Shown: in pieces, positions 9,355 through 19,800 of the stretch | How the letters are laid out: every line of letters starts with the position of its first letter | Numbering within the stretch: position 1 is the first letter of the stretch | Assembly: GCA_020635975.1 (NCBI GenBank) | Contig: JACJYT010000002.1 | Span: forward strand, 301,540 to 365,539 | Length of the DNA stretch: 64,000 nt | From: Chitinophagales bacterium | GTDB taxonomy: Bacteria > Bacteroidota > Bacteroidia > Chitinophagales > UBA8649 | Direction of reading: 5' to 3' | Program-made: the position numbers and the translations under genes | Notes under the pieces: generated by a model | Databases searched by the model: none | Seen by the model: the letters and a program-made list of their open reading frames with translations, nothing else | Told to the model about the DNA's origin: nothing

Positions 9355-9388
9355 AAGAGCCCCTCGAATTCGAGGAGCTCTTTTTTTA
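9355..9388. terminator. bidirectional intrinsic terminator
   Basis: Hairpin AGAGC-c-CCTCG aatt CGAGG-a-GCTCT (9356..9381) with A6 upstream and T7 downstream. It lies between convergent genes. Confidence 0.75.
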
Positions 9389-9418
9389 CTTATAATTTAA
9401 AGGATAAAGCTTTTATGT

Positions 9419-9649
9419 TTATATATGTGTAGGCATAAAGGAAAATACGGTAGCAAAACTTAAACAGGTAATACCCAAGGAAAATAAGGTTAGACTTATT
9501 TTGAATTGTATAGGTTTCAAGAAAGTTTTATTGGGCATTTTTAAATCGAAGTAGTATTTTTTTGCAGATTCTTTATTCTTGAAGAGGGCCTCACCAAAGT
9601 AAATGTCTTCTTCATTAGTTTTAAACCAAGCTTTTATCTGTTTTCTCAT
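9419..9649 (-). CDS. hypothetical small C-terminally anchored membrane protein
   Basis: Track ORF with one C-terminal hydrophobic helix (ISLTLFSLGITCLSFATVFSF). No recognisable family, and coding status is uncertain. Confidence 0.4.
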   Translation of the reverse strand: MRKQIKAWFKTNEEDIYFGEALFKNKESAKKYYFDLKMPNKTFLKPIQFKISLTLFSLGITCLSFATVFSFMPTHI

Positions 9650-9766
9650 ACTTTTATCTTTATTGGAGTGATAGTTTTTATTGGTCTATGGTTCGTTTTT
9701 TTACGCTAAATTCTTCTTCTATGTTTCAAATAGGCATAAGATATATGTGACTTATAACACGGTATA

Positions 9767-9774
9767 TATTTTTG
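9767..9774 (+). promoter_or_regulatory. candidate -7 box TATTTTTG upstream of 9795 gene
   Basis: TAnnTTTG match 20 nt before the ATG. Confidence 0.35.
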
Positions 9775-9794
9775 GTAAAATCTAACTTTGATTT

Positions 9795-11393
9795 ATGAAG
9801 AGAATAAATATTTTGATACTGTTTTGCATTAGCATATTTGCTTTGCCAGCCCAATTTGGAGAATATACTCTTAAAGTAGAGGAGTTAAGTCTTAATAACC
9901 TACCCGCTTTACAATCTTTTGCTATAGGAAGTAAGGATGGCAAATACTTATTTATAGGAGGAAGAAAGGATGGTTTACATCAAAGACAACCTTTTGCATC
10001 GTTTCTAGCTGCAGATAATAATCTTACTATTTATGTGGTAGATGTGGAGACGGATGAAAGTTGGAGCGCAAGTTTAAGTACTTTGTCTACTTCTTTGCAA
10101 GAACAATTGCAAAGTACCAATATGGAACATTATCAGGATGGCGATGTCCTTTATTTAATTGGAGGATATGGTTATTCGAGTACCTTAGGGGATCATACAA
10201 CCTATGCTTCTCTGGTGGCAGTAGATGTACCTGCTTGTATAAATGCCATAGTTAGCGGACAAAACATTGCACCTTTCTTTAAACAGTTAAGCGACAATAG
10301 ACTGCAAGTAACTGGCGGGTATTTATCGAAAATGGGCAATAGGTTTTATTTAGTTGGCGGACAAAAGTTTATTGGAAGATACAATCCAATGGGTCCTACC
10401 CATGGTCCAGGATTTATTCAAGAGTATACCAATGCTATAAAGAGTTTTGAAATTATCAATGGAGCCAATCTTCAAATAGCTAACTATACGGAGATGATAG
10501 ATTCTCTTGATTTACACCGAAGAGATTATAATATGCTACCACAGGTTTTTCCTAACGGAGATTATGGTTTTACGGCTTTTTCGGGAGTTTTTCAGTACGG
10601 AGCAGATTTACCTTGGTTAAACGTTGTAGATATTACGGAGAATGCTTACCAAGTTCACCCAAGCTTTAATCAATATTTAAATCAATATCACACGGCATCT
10701 TGTCCACTCTTTTCTTCAAGTTCGAACGACATGTATAGTGTTTTTTTTGGCGGAATTAGTAGGTACTATATAGACGCAAATGGGATTATGCAGGATGATG
10801 TTAATGTACCATTTGTAAATACAATTAGCTTAGTTCAAAGAAACTCCTCTGGGTCTATGACAGAAATCAAGATTGGCGAAATGCCAGCATTGTTGGGTTC
10901 AGGTGCTGAATTTGTTGCCCACGATGATATTGCAAAAGTATTTAATGATATTATCGATATAGATGCCTTGAATGAAGATACTGTTTCTTTAGGCTATATT
11001 TTTGGTGGCATTGAGAGCAGTGCGGCGAATATTTTCTTCGTTAATGATGGTACTCAAAGTAGTGCTAGTAATAGATTATTTGAAGTTTTTCTATACAAGG
11101 ATAATACAGGAACAAGTATCGATGACTTGTTCGGAGAGGACATAGATTTTGTTTTAAGTCCTAATCCAGCTTCCAATGAAATGAGTTTAAGTTTTAGTCT
11201 TGAAAATAAAACTGAGCTGCTAATTGACATATTTGATAGTAGTGGAATTAAAGCTCAAATTGTTGCTAATAGAAGCTTTAAAAAGGGCAAGAATAGTATT
11301 AATTTGCCCGTAGAATCTTTGTCCAAAGGAAATTATTTCTTAAGAATATTCGACGGATTTAAAATTAGAAACATTCAATTTGTGCTGCAATAA
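9795..11393 (+). CDS. secreted Kelch-like beta-propeller protein with T9SS C-terminal sorting domain
   Basis: Signal peptide. Repeated GG-containing blades (FIGGRKDG, LIGGYGYS, LVGGQKF, FFGGISRY, IFGGIES). The C-terminal LSPNPASNEMSLSF...LSKGNYFLRIFDG...IQFVLQ matches the Por/T9SS type A CTD pattern. Confidence 0.7.
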   Translation: MKRINILILFCISIFALPAQFGEYTLKVEELSLNNLPALQSFAIGSKDGKYLFIGGRKDGLHQRQPFASFLAADNNLTIYVVDVETDESWSASLSTLSTSLQEQLQSTNMEHYQDGDVLYLIGGYGYSSTLGDHTTYASLVAVDVPACINAIVSGQNIAPFFKQLSDNRLQVTGGYLSKMGNRFYLVGGQKFIGRYNPMGPTHGPGFIQEYTNAIKSFEIINGANLQIANYTEMIDSLDLHRRDYNMLPQVFPNGDYGFTAFSGVFQYGADLPWLNVVDITENAYQVHPSFNQYLNQYHTASCPLFSSSSNDMYSVFFGGISRYYIDANGIMQDDVNVPFVNTISLVQRNSSGSMTEIKIGEMPALLGSGAEFVAHDDIAKVFNDIIDIDALNEDTVSLGYIFGGIESSAANIFFVNDGTQSSASNRLFEVFLYKDNTGTSIDDLFGEDIDFVLSPNPASNEMSLSFSLENKTELLIDIFDSSGIKAQIVANRSFKKGKNSINLPVESLSKGNYFLRIFDGFKIRNIQFVLQ

Positions 11394-11451
11394 TTAGGGG
11401 CTTTTAAAATATGCTAGATAAAATGCTTAATTTTGAAAAAAATTTAGTCTT

Positions 11452-12087
11452 ATGGCAGAGAGGTTATTTGTAAGCACAAAAGATGAGTCCCCAAAGTTAT
11501 TTGATAATCCATTCTTTGATTTTTTCTCAAGAGTACCTTTTTATGTTCCATTAATTATCTTTATACCACTAATCACTTATTATAGTTATTTGTCCTTTTC
11601 TGAGAAAGCCACAACTGTATTACAATTTGCCATGTCGGCCTTAATAGGTGCTTTTCTTTGGACTATAGCTGAATACCTAATTCATAGATTTGTTTTCCAT
11701 GCTCATCCAAAATCTAATTGGGCAAAAAAGATTCATTATACTTTTCATGGAATTCACCATGATTATCCTCAAGATTCTTTACGCTTAGTGATGCCCCCAG
11801 CAGTAAGCTTGCCTTTAGCCTTGTTTTTCTATTGGTTGTTTTACTGGATTATGGCGCCTTTAGATATGTTGCAGTTTCATTATGCTTACTATGTTGGTTT
11901 TGTTGCTGCTTATTTATTTTATGACATGATGCATTATGCGTCTCATCATGTGGCTATGAGTAATCCTTATTTTAAAATGATCAAGGAGCATCATATGAAA
12001 CATCATTATAAAAACCCAGATGAAGGTTTTGGATTTACTTCAAAAGTTTGGGATAGGGTGTTCTCCACAGATTTTAAGGAAGATTAA
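11452..12087 (+). CDS. fatty acid hydroxylase superfamily membrane protein (FA2H/sterol desaturase-like)
   Basis: His boxes HRFVFH, HGIHHDYP and HHMKHHY, plus hydrophobic helices. Confidence 0.75.
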   Translation: MAERLFVSTKDESPKLFDNPFFDFFSRVPFYVPLIIFIPLITYYSYLSFSEKATTVLQFAMSALIGAFLWTIAEYLIHRFVFHAHPKSNWAKKIHYTFHGIHHDYPQDSLRLVMPPAVSLPLALFFYWLFYWIMAPLDMLQFHYAYYVGFVAAYLFYDMMHYASHHVAMSNPYFKMIKEHHMKHHYKNPDEGFGFTSKVWDRVFSTDFKED

Positions 12088-12132
12088 CTAAGCCTTACAA
12101 ACCTAGATGATTAGCTTTACGTTTCTTAAGCT

Positions 12133-12603
12133 ATGAGAAAGGTACTTATAATATTATTTGGTGTGTTTGTATGGATATCGAATGCTCAAAATTCGACTAC
12201 AAGCTTTAAACTAGTAAATGAAGAGGATAGTGTTTTTCTTCATTTAGATGATTTTCAAAAGAAGGTAATGTGTGGTGGAGCTACAGAAAAACCCTTTAGT
12301 GGAAAGTATCTTTACCATAAAGAAGGTGGCACCTATACTTGTGCTGCTTGTGGTAACTTATTATTTAGTTCTGATGCTAAATTCGATAGTGGAAGTGGTT
12401 GGCCAAGCTTTTTTGAACAGGTGGATAAACAAGCCATAATTCGAAGGGTAGATACTTCATTTGGTATGAAACGAACGGAGATTTTGTGTGCTCAATGTAA
12501 GGGGCATCTAGGACATATATTTAACGATGGTCCGGCGCCCACTGGCTTAAGATATTGTGTCAATTCAGCTGTTTTAAATTTTATTCCCAAAAATAAAGAA
12601 TAA
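12133..12603 (+). CDS. msrB: peptide-methionine (R)-S-oxide reductase MsrB with N-terminal signal peptide
   Basis: Two CxxC zinc pairs (CAACG, CAQCKG), GWPSFF, and the catalytic RYCVNS motif. The N-terminus MRKVLIILFGVFVWISNAQ looks like a cleavable signal peptide. Confidence 0.9.
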   Translation: MRKVLIILFGVFVWISNAQNSTTSFKLVNEEDSVFLHLDDFQKKVMCGGATEKPFSGKYLYHKEGGTYTCAACGNLLFSSDAKFDSGSGWPSFFEQVDKQAIIRRVDTSFGMKRTEILCAQCKGHLGHIFNDGPAPTGLRYCVNSAVLNFIPKNKE

Positions 12604-12605
12604 CT

Positions 12606-13262
12606 ATGTCTCGTTCTTTTAGCTCAGTAATATTTGATTTTGATGGGACTCTTTTTGATTCTAGAAAAGGAATCATTTCTAGTGTAAAGTATGCTCTCGA
12701 CGACATGGGCATTCCCTATCCAAGTGAAGACGAGTTAACGGCTTTTATTGGACCACCACTTTTATGGTCATTTAAAAAGCAATTTGCCTTAGATGAAGAA
12801 GAAGCTAAGTATGCTGTTTCAAAACTCAGGGAGCATTATGATGCTATAGGCTATCTTGGTTCTCAGGCTTATGCTGGGATGGAAAGTTTAATTTGTGCGT
12901 TAAAAGCTAAGTCGTGTAAGCTAGCAATTGCTACTGCTAAACCCACTATTTATGCAGAAAAAATTTTAGTGGAGAATAATTGGCAAACTTATTTTGATAG
13001 TCTTAGAGGAAGCAGTTTAAAAGGAGAATTGTATCCTAAAGAAAGGACCATTGGAGAAGCTTTAGAGGATCTTAAAGTAATGAACAAAGAAAAGGTGGTA
13101 ATGATAGGCGACACAATTTACGATATTAAAGGAGCTCAACATCATGGTATAGCAAGTATTGCCGTTAACTATGGCTATGGGAAAACTCAAGATTTGAAAG
13201 ATTCGAGACCTAATTATTTTGTAGAAAGCATAGGCGAACTTAGAGAGCTTCTTTTAAGTTAA
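12606..13262 (+). CDS. HAD-superfamily hydrolase (phosphoglycolate phosphatase-like)
   Basis: Motif I IFDFDGTLFDS and motif IV-like MIGDTIYDIKGA. Confidence 0.8.
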   Translation: MSRSFSSVIFDFDGTLFDSRKGIISSVKYALDDMGIPYPSEDELTAFIGPPLLWSFKKQFALDEEEAKYAVSKLREHYDAIGYLGSQAYAGMESLICALKAKSCKLAIATAKPTIYAEKILVENNWQTYFDSLRGSSLKGELYPKERTIGEALEDLKVMNKEKVVMIGDTIYDIKGAQHHGIASIAVNYGYGKTQDLKDSRPNYFVESIGELRELLLS

Positions 13263-13933
13263 AGCTCTAAAGCCTTCCAAACCACATCATTTGGAACAGG
13301 AGCTATGATATTTATTTTTTCTTTGCTAACAGGATGAACAAAGCTTATCTTCCTAGCATGTAAATGAATAGATTTGTCTTGATTTGCTCTTGGAAAGCCA
13401 TATTTAATGTCGCCCTTTATAGGGTTTTTTATAGCACTTAGCTGCGCTCTAATTTGATGATGTCGCCCTGTTTTTAAATTAATTTCGAGGAGATAATATT
13501 GTTGGCTTTTTGCGATTAGCTTATAACTAAGTTCGGAGAGAAGGGCATTTGGGAAGGGGTGCAACTTTGCAATGGATTTATTCTTCTTCTCATCTTTTAA
13601 CAAATAATGGATTAGCGTATCCTCTTTTTTTTCTGGTAGGTTTTTTACAACAGCCCAATAAGTTTTTTGAATAGATTTTTTCTGAAACATTTCATTCAAT
13701 CTACTAAGTGCTTTACTAGTTCTCGCGAACATTAGTATACCCGAAGTAGGTCGATCTATTCGATGAGGAATGCCTAAGAAAACATCTCCAGGTTTTTTGT
13801 ACTTTTCTTTTATATATGCCTTTGCGTGTTCCACCAAAGGTAGATCTCCAGTCTTATCGCCTTGCGCTAAGTCTCCGCTTGCCTTGTTAACAATTAGGAT
13901 ATGGTTGTCTTCGTAAAGTACTTCTAAATTCAT
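13259..13933 (-). CDS. RluA-family pseudouridine synthase
   Basis: Catalytic HRIDRPTSGILMFA motif, plus GRHHQIRAQL. Confidence 0.85.
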   Translation of the reverse strand: MNLEVLYEDNHILIVNKASGDLAQGDKTGDLPLVEHAKAYIKEKYKKPGDVFLGIPHRIDRPTSGILMFARTSKALSRLNEMFQKKSIQKTYWAVVKNLPEKKEDTLIHYLLKDEKKNKSIAKLHPFPNALLSELSYKLIAKSQQYYLLEINLKTGRHHQIRAQLSAIKNPIKGDIKYGFPRANQDKSIHLHARKISFVHPVSKEKINIIAPVPNDVVWKALEL

Positions 13934-14973
13934 GAAAAGCGGTTTATGTTAACTTCAGGTTCTATTGCCCCTTGATGCAAGATACAATCTACCAATTGCT
14001 TGCTGAAGTAGGGAGCTAAAGATAAGCCTTTGGTTCCCATTCCGTTAAAGATATACATGCCTTGGTGTTTAGGATGCTCACCTAGTAGAGGTCTTCTATC
14101 TAAAACAGTTGGACGAATACCGGCTATTTGCTCTAAAATTTCATAAGTGCAATTTATACTAGATTCAAGTCGCTCAATTAAAAATGCTTTCTTTTCTTCG
14201 CTTGGTTTTAAACTTCTATCGTCCCAATTATAAGTGGCCCCTACATAATACTTATCCTTCCCTAGTGGACAAATATTTATATGACTGCTTAAAACAAGAT
14301 TTAATTTTAATTCAGGAGCTTTAATAATGAGCGCTTCGCCTTTAGCAAAACGATTGGGTAGGTAGTTGAAAAAAAGATTACTGCTCACATAATTGCCCTC
14401 ACAAAAAATAATCCTTTTGCTTTTTATCTGATCATATTGAAAGGACTTGTTTTGAATGCTTAAATTTTCATGAATAAACTCCATTTGATAGAGGCTACAA
14501 GCTTTATTTAAATAAGTCTTTAATGCTCGGATTAAGTTCTGCACTTCAATTTGTAATACAGGTTTGATTTCTACACAGGCAAAGGGATTTGGAATTTCCT
14601 TATCCAAACGAATTAGTTCAGAATTCATGTAGGGAGTATAAATGGGGTCAGTGCATTTACTTGCAAAATCATTTTGTTGCTCTCTATTTAAGAGTACTTT
14701 TAGTACACTAGTTTCTTTCAAAAAAGAAGTGTTTAGCTCTCGCTCTAAATTCGAATAAAAGCTAAGAGCGCTAGGAAAAAGTTCTTCAATTTTCCAAGAT
14801 TTAACAAACCTTCTACCTGTTATGGGATTTACCAAGCCAGCGGCTTGTTGCGAGGAACTACGTCCATCCAAGGAATCAATGATTGCTACATTTTGTTTTT
14901 CTTGAATTAGGTGAAAAGCCAAAATACTTCCGGCCAAGCCCTTGCCAACAATTAGAAAATCGAACTCTTGCAT
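13930..14973 (-). CDS. FAD-dependent oxidoreductase (DAO-like)
   Basis: N-terminal dinucleotide fold FLIVGKGLAGSILAF and C-terminal GMGTKGLSLAP. Confidence 0.75.
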   Translation of the reverse strand: MQEFDFLIVGKGLAGSILAFHLIQEKQNVAIIDSLDGRSSSQQAAGLVNPITGRRFVKSWKIEELFPSALSFYSNLERELNTSFLKETSVLKVLLNREQQNDFASKCTDPIYTPYMNSELIRLDKEIPNPFACVEIKPVLQIEVQNLIRALKTYLNKACSLYQMEFIHENLSIQNKSFQYDQIKSKRIIFCEGNYVSSNLFFNYLPNRFAKGEALIIKAPELKLNLVLSSHINICPLGKDKYYVGATYNWDDRSLKPSEEKKAFLIERLESSINCTYEILEQIAGIRPTVLDRRPLLGEHPKHQGMYIFNGMGTKGLSLAPYFSKQLVDCILHQGAIEPEVNINRFS

Positions 14974-15281
14974 TATCTGAAGTGATCTAGATTTGGTCTT
15001 TCTTCTTTTATCTCTTCTTTGTGATCTTGTTTAGCTTTGATGGCTTGGTTCAATTGCCAAAAAACAAAATATCCAGCTAGAATTCCTGTGAAAAGAGCAG
15101 GAAGCATAGCATAAGTTAATTTATCGAAGCCTAGATAGCTTAGAATTAACAAGCCTACTAAAATTTCAGCGCTCAAAAAATGAAGTACCAATCGGATTAC
15201 CCATGACCATGGATTTTCACCAAATTGCTGTGCTTTTTTGTGAATTTGAAAGGCCAATATAATTAAGAGTACCACGTCCAT
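14973..15281 (-). CDS. hypothetical membrane protein
   Basis: Three predicted hydrophobic helices. Translationally coupled in a minus-strand gene string. No family recognised. Confidence 0.5.
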   Translation of the reverse strand: MDVVLLIILAFQIHKKAQQFGENPWSWVIRLVLHFLSAEILVGLLILSYLGFDKLTYAMLPALFTGILAGYFVFWQLNQAIKAKQDHKEEIKEERPNLDHFR

Positions 15282-15282
15282 T

Positions 15283-15645
15283 TTACTTGTTTAGCTTGAT
15301 TTGATCTTTTATTTTTTTACTTATGCTTGCAAAAACAAGATCGTAGGAATGAAGGATTAAATCTTTGGCAAGTGAATCATTTATTTCCCCTTCATCTAAA
15401 TAAACTGTGTTCCAATGTTTTTTATTCATGTGATATCCTGGTTGAACGGATCCAAATTTTTCTCTTAATTCTTCTGCATATTCGGGATCGCACTTTAGGT
15501 TAACAGAGAATCTAGCATTATCTAAACCACACAAAGCGAACATTTTTCCATAAACCTTAAAAACCAAAGTACTTTGGTCGAAAGGAAAACATTCCTCTAC
15601 ACCATCTCGTTCTAAACAAAATAATCTAAATTCTTCTACATTCAT
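15283..15645 (-). CDS. MmcQ/YjbR family DNA-binding protein
   Basis: FPFDQSTLVFKVYGKMFALC and MNKKHWNTVYLD motifs are typical of YjbR. Confidence 0.75.
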   Translation of the reverse strand: MNVEEFRLFCLERDGVEECFPFDQSTLVFKVYGKMFALCGLDNARFSVNLKCDPEYAEELREKFGSVQPGYHMNKKHWNTVYLDEGEINDSLAKDLILHSYDLVFASISKKIKDQIKLNK

Positions 15646-16076
15646 TTGCTATAAGTATAAGAGCAAAAATTAGCTAAACCATTTTCATTAAGCTGTACAT
15701 CGAATTGAAGTTGTTCGAAACCACTAGTATTTATGTAGTAGCCTTCTCCAACTACGGTGTAGGCTGAGCTTCCTAAGCTTTGATTTGGAATTTGAAAGTA
15801 GCTTCCATCACAAGCAACATAGGCGCTAATGTTTCTACCGCTATTTAAGAAGTTGAAAAGAACAATCTCACTCGGGTTGCTACCATTACCTGGATTTATA
15901 GTAGCAAAGCTCACTCCGTGTCCAAAACTATTTGTACAATATTCGCTTACATTATAATAGCCAATAAATTTTTCTGTTTCGTAAACAGTGCAGAATGGTT
16001 GCTGATCCCTAGTACAGCTTTGAATAAAAAGCAGAATAAAAAGAGGGAAAAGAAATTTAGTAATTTGCCTTGTCAT
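15642..16076 (-). CDS. hypothetical lipoprotein
   Basis: Signal peptide plus lipobox (LFIQSC). No family recognised. Confidence 0.5.
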   Translation of the reverse strand: MTRQITKFLFPLFILLFIQSCTRDQQPFCTVYETEKFIGYYNVSEYCTNSFGHGVSFATINPGNGSNPSEIVLFNFLNSGRNISAYVACDGSYFQIPNQSLGSSAYTVVGEGYYINTSGFEQLQFDVQLNENGLANFCSYTYSK

Positions 16077-16296
16077 AATGATAATTTAGGTAGGAACTTG
16101 CTAGTTAAGTACAGTTTAAACAATCTTATATAAAAAATAATTCCATGCTTCTACAAACTTTAATGAGGAGTTAAAAGCTTTACAACAAAGATAGGACTTA
16201 ATTATTACCCAAGCTAAGCTTAGAGAAAAAATTGCGGGGCTTAGAGATTAATTTAATTTTATGACGATATTCGTATTTTAAAGAAGCTAGAAAAAA

Positions 16297-16848
16297 TTGA
16301 ATGGTATGGGAGATAGTAAATTAGGAATTGGTAGTAGGGTTAATCATCCTAAATATGGTTTAGGTGTGGTTTGCAATTTAGATAGTCGATTTTACAAAAT
16401 TTATTTTTCGACACAAGATGAATGCAAAGAAATAGCCAGAGAGTTCGAAGCTTTAGATGTGGTAGAGAAAATCGATGCTCCAGCAAATAGCATTGGACTA
16501 GAGGATATTGAAAAAGCAGTAGAGAATGTTATGTTAAAGTTTAGTGATGCTGGCAAAGTTATTCCTTTAGCGAACAAATGGATAAATGGCACTCTAGAGA
16601 TTAAAGCGGCTAGTAGCGATTTGCAAAGCAAGGAAATTCCAATTCGCACTTTTTTTAACAAGATTATAATGGTTAGAGAGCGTTTGCGAGTTCTTGAGCA
16701 AAACATTAATAATCATGAAAAGTTAGACGAGGCCGACAAGCTTCACCTACAGCAATATATCAGTCGAGCGTATGGATCTCTAACTACTTTTAACGTATTA
16801 TTCAACGATAAGAACGATTATTTTAAGGGAACTGGAAAGGAAAGCTAG
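16297..16848 (+). CDS. hypothetical protein with N-terminal UvrD/PcrA-CTD-like (Tudor-like, DUF3553-type) motif
   Basis: GSRVNHPKYGLGVVCNL matches the G-x-R-V-x-H-x-K-[FWY]-G-x-G-x-V motif at the extreme C-terminus of UvrD/PcrA (E. coli UvrD: GQRVRHAKFGEGTIV). The rest is helical and unassigned. The start may be the ATG at 16306. Confidence 0.5.
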   Translation: MNGMGDSKLGIGSRVNHPKYGLGVVCNLDSRFYKIYFSTQDECKEIAREFEALDVVEKIDAPANSIGLEDIEKAVENVMLKFSDAGKVIPLANKWINGTLEIKAASSDLQSKEIPIRTFFNKIIMVRERLRVLEQNINNHEKLDEADKLHLQQYISRAYGSLTTFNVLFNDKNDYFKGTGKES

Positions 16849-16856
16849 TTCTAATT

Positions 16857-19800
16857 TTAATTTTCTTCATCGATTTTTTCTAGTTCGCCTGAACACCAAG
16901 AACAATCGGCTTTTCCGCAACCCGTAAACTCTAGTTCCTTTATTTTGTTCCAAGTGTCAGAAATTTGGTCTTTAACAATTTCAATGTCCTTAGGACTTAT
17001 TAGAACTTCTCTCTTTTTGAATTGCCCTGTATCAGGATCTGGCTCAACAAAGTCGAATTCTGCTTTCTCGAGCTCCCAATTTCTATGAAAAGCATTCGTG
17101 TTATTATCTAATAATATCTTATAAAAGATCGCTTGTCGCCAATAGTTGCCTCCAAATTTTTCTTCATAACTTGGATTTTCTGGGTCCTTTATTTTTTCTG
17201 AAGGTCCTTGAAAGTCTGCTGCTTTTCTATTCTTTTCTTTTCCTGTTTTATAATCAATTACATAGATTTTATTTCCTCTTTGTTCGATTTTATCTAGTTT
17301 CCCATTAAGTTTAATATTTTTATAAACCGCTGTTATTTTCTTCTCCAATTCTACGTCCTTATGCCATTCATCAATGTAGTTTTGATAATATTCTGGAAGA
17401 AATTTTTCGATGTAGGCTAATTTCTGTTGGTATTCTTTTTTGGTAAAACTATCCTGTTGTTTGAACATTTGTTTCTTAGCTATTTCCACAAATTCATCTT
17501 GACTTGGAAACACTTGATTTCTTTCTTTCATTTCTTTGAAAAAACTCTCTAAACTATCGTGGATGGCGCTACCAAAGGCTAGACTCGCATTTTTAGCTTG
17601 AGGAATTCGTAGGAAATTATGATAGTAAAATTTGAGTGGACAAGCCAAATAGTTGTTTAGATGAGTAACACTCATAGAATAGTTTTCTAGAAGACTTTGG
17701 AGAAGACCCTTTTCAATTAATTCTGGATGAATTTTCTCTTGCATGATTTGTAATACATTATACTCGAAAATCTCTTCATCGCTCAAATGCTTTTCTATTA
17801 TTTCAGCGTGTTCCTCTTTGCTTATTTCAGTAACAAAAAGGGATGGACTCAACTCCCTTTCTTTAGCATCTTCGTTGGAATAACTAATTTGCAAATATTT
17901 CTTTGCTCTCGTCATGGCTACGAAAAAAAGTCGGCGCAGTTCTTCCTGTTTTTCTTCATCATTAGGCTGTATCATTATTCCTTCAGGTAGCTTATAGCCT
18001 TTATTATTTGGCCTTTTCTTTTCCCATAAATTACTATTGCATCCGATCAGAAAAACATAGGTATATTCCAAACCTTTGGATCCATGGATGGTAGATAGTT
18101 GCACTGCATTCTCGGCAAAACTAGATCTTACATATGGAACGGAAATTTCGTATTTTCTGAGTTGGGCAATTATTTCTAAGAATTCGGCTAAGCTAAGATT
18201 GGGGTTCTTAATATTTTCTTGCTTGATGAAATCGAAAAAGGTTTTTAATTCTTGAAGAAGCCAAACCCTTTCCTTTTGTTTTTGAATATAAGGAATGCAA
18301 TGAATATCATCTAAGATGGTTTGGAAAAGCAATTGCAAGGGTTTTTCTTGTAAATCTTTTTGCCATTTATTACAAAGCTCGGCTAGAGCATGGATATTTT
18401 TTATACTTTCTTCATCAAAAATTTTCTGGATCTGCATCAAGGCTTCTCTCCACGTGGTTTTAGGAGAGCTAAATCTGCTTTCTCTTAATTCAAAACTTAA
18501 GCGAGCAATCTGAATAGCTTTTATTTCAAAGAAGGGGAAATGCATTATATTGAAAAGCAAATCTTCCCTACTGTGGGCAATTCGGTTTTCTTCGGAGATA
18601 TAGTTTAATATGTCGAGTAACATATTGGTAAATCTACTTTGGAGAACGTTAATTTTTTTGCTCGTACTTAAAGGAATATTTTTTTGATTCAAACAGAGCT
18701 GTAAATCCTCTCCATATTTATGTTCTTTGTATAATACGGCAATCTCATTCAAATTTACGCCTTGTTCTTTTAGTGCAATTATTTGATTAGCGATATCTGC
18801 AGTTTCATGACTTGGGTTTGGGTAAACAACAATTCGGGGCTTAGGTTGATTTGGTGTTGCTAGGCTACCAGCTGCTTTGAACTCTTTATTCAGATCTAGA
18901 TTTGTTATTTGATTGACTAAACGTTCTTGGTTGTTAACTATACTAGAGGCTGCCAGATTTAAAACTTCTTGGCTCGACCTGTAATTATTTTGAAGAACTA
19001 GAATCCTAGTTTGCTGTTCTTCTAGACCTAGATGTGCTAAATTAGAGCTGTAGAATTGTATAATATTTTCTAGGTTTGCTCCTTGGAAACGGTAAATACT
19101 TTGGTCGTCATCGCCAACAACAAAAACATTTGGTTTTTCCCAATAGCTGATTAACAATCGTAGGATTTCATTTTGTGCACCATTGGTGTCTTGATATTCA
19201 TCTACTAAAAAGTAGTGAAATTGTTCTTGGTATTTGCCTAAAAGCCATTCATCGCTTTGCAATTTTTGCATAACATCCATTATCATATCATCAAAATCAT
19301 AGCGATTTGCTTTTTTCTTGAGCTCTTGATAATTTTTGAATTCTTGAATTGCAGCAAGGGTGGAAACAAAGCTTTCCTTTTCTTTGTCTACTTTGGCTAT
19401 TTTTAGATCTCCAGGTTTGAAATTTCCATATTTTCTTTTGTACACAAAGTCTTCTCTGTTGGGTAAATCCTCTAAATAAGTTTGAATGGCATTTTCAATT
19501 TTTTCTGCACTAAAATTTTCTCTTTTCATTAAGGAGAAAAGCATTTTTAAACGCGAACTTTCAAAATAAATGGAACCAGCCCATCTTTTTAATGGATGGT
19601 TTTTATCGAATCCATCTATAAGCTTCTCGAGTAATTCCACTTCCTCTAGGTCAGAAAGCGCTTCCATTTCGTCAAAGCCGAAGCATTCTGGATTGTCTTG
19701 GATAATTTTATTACAAAAACTATGAAAAGTGTGAATATTCACCTTATGAGCTTCCGCACCAATAAATTGAATAAGCCGTTTTCTCATTGCGGTTACACCT

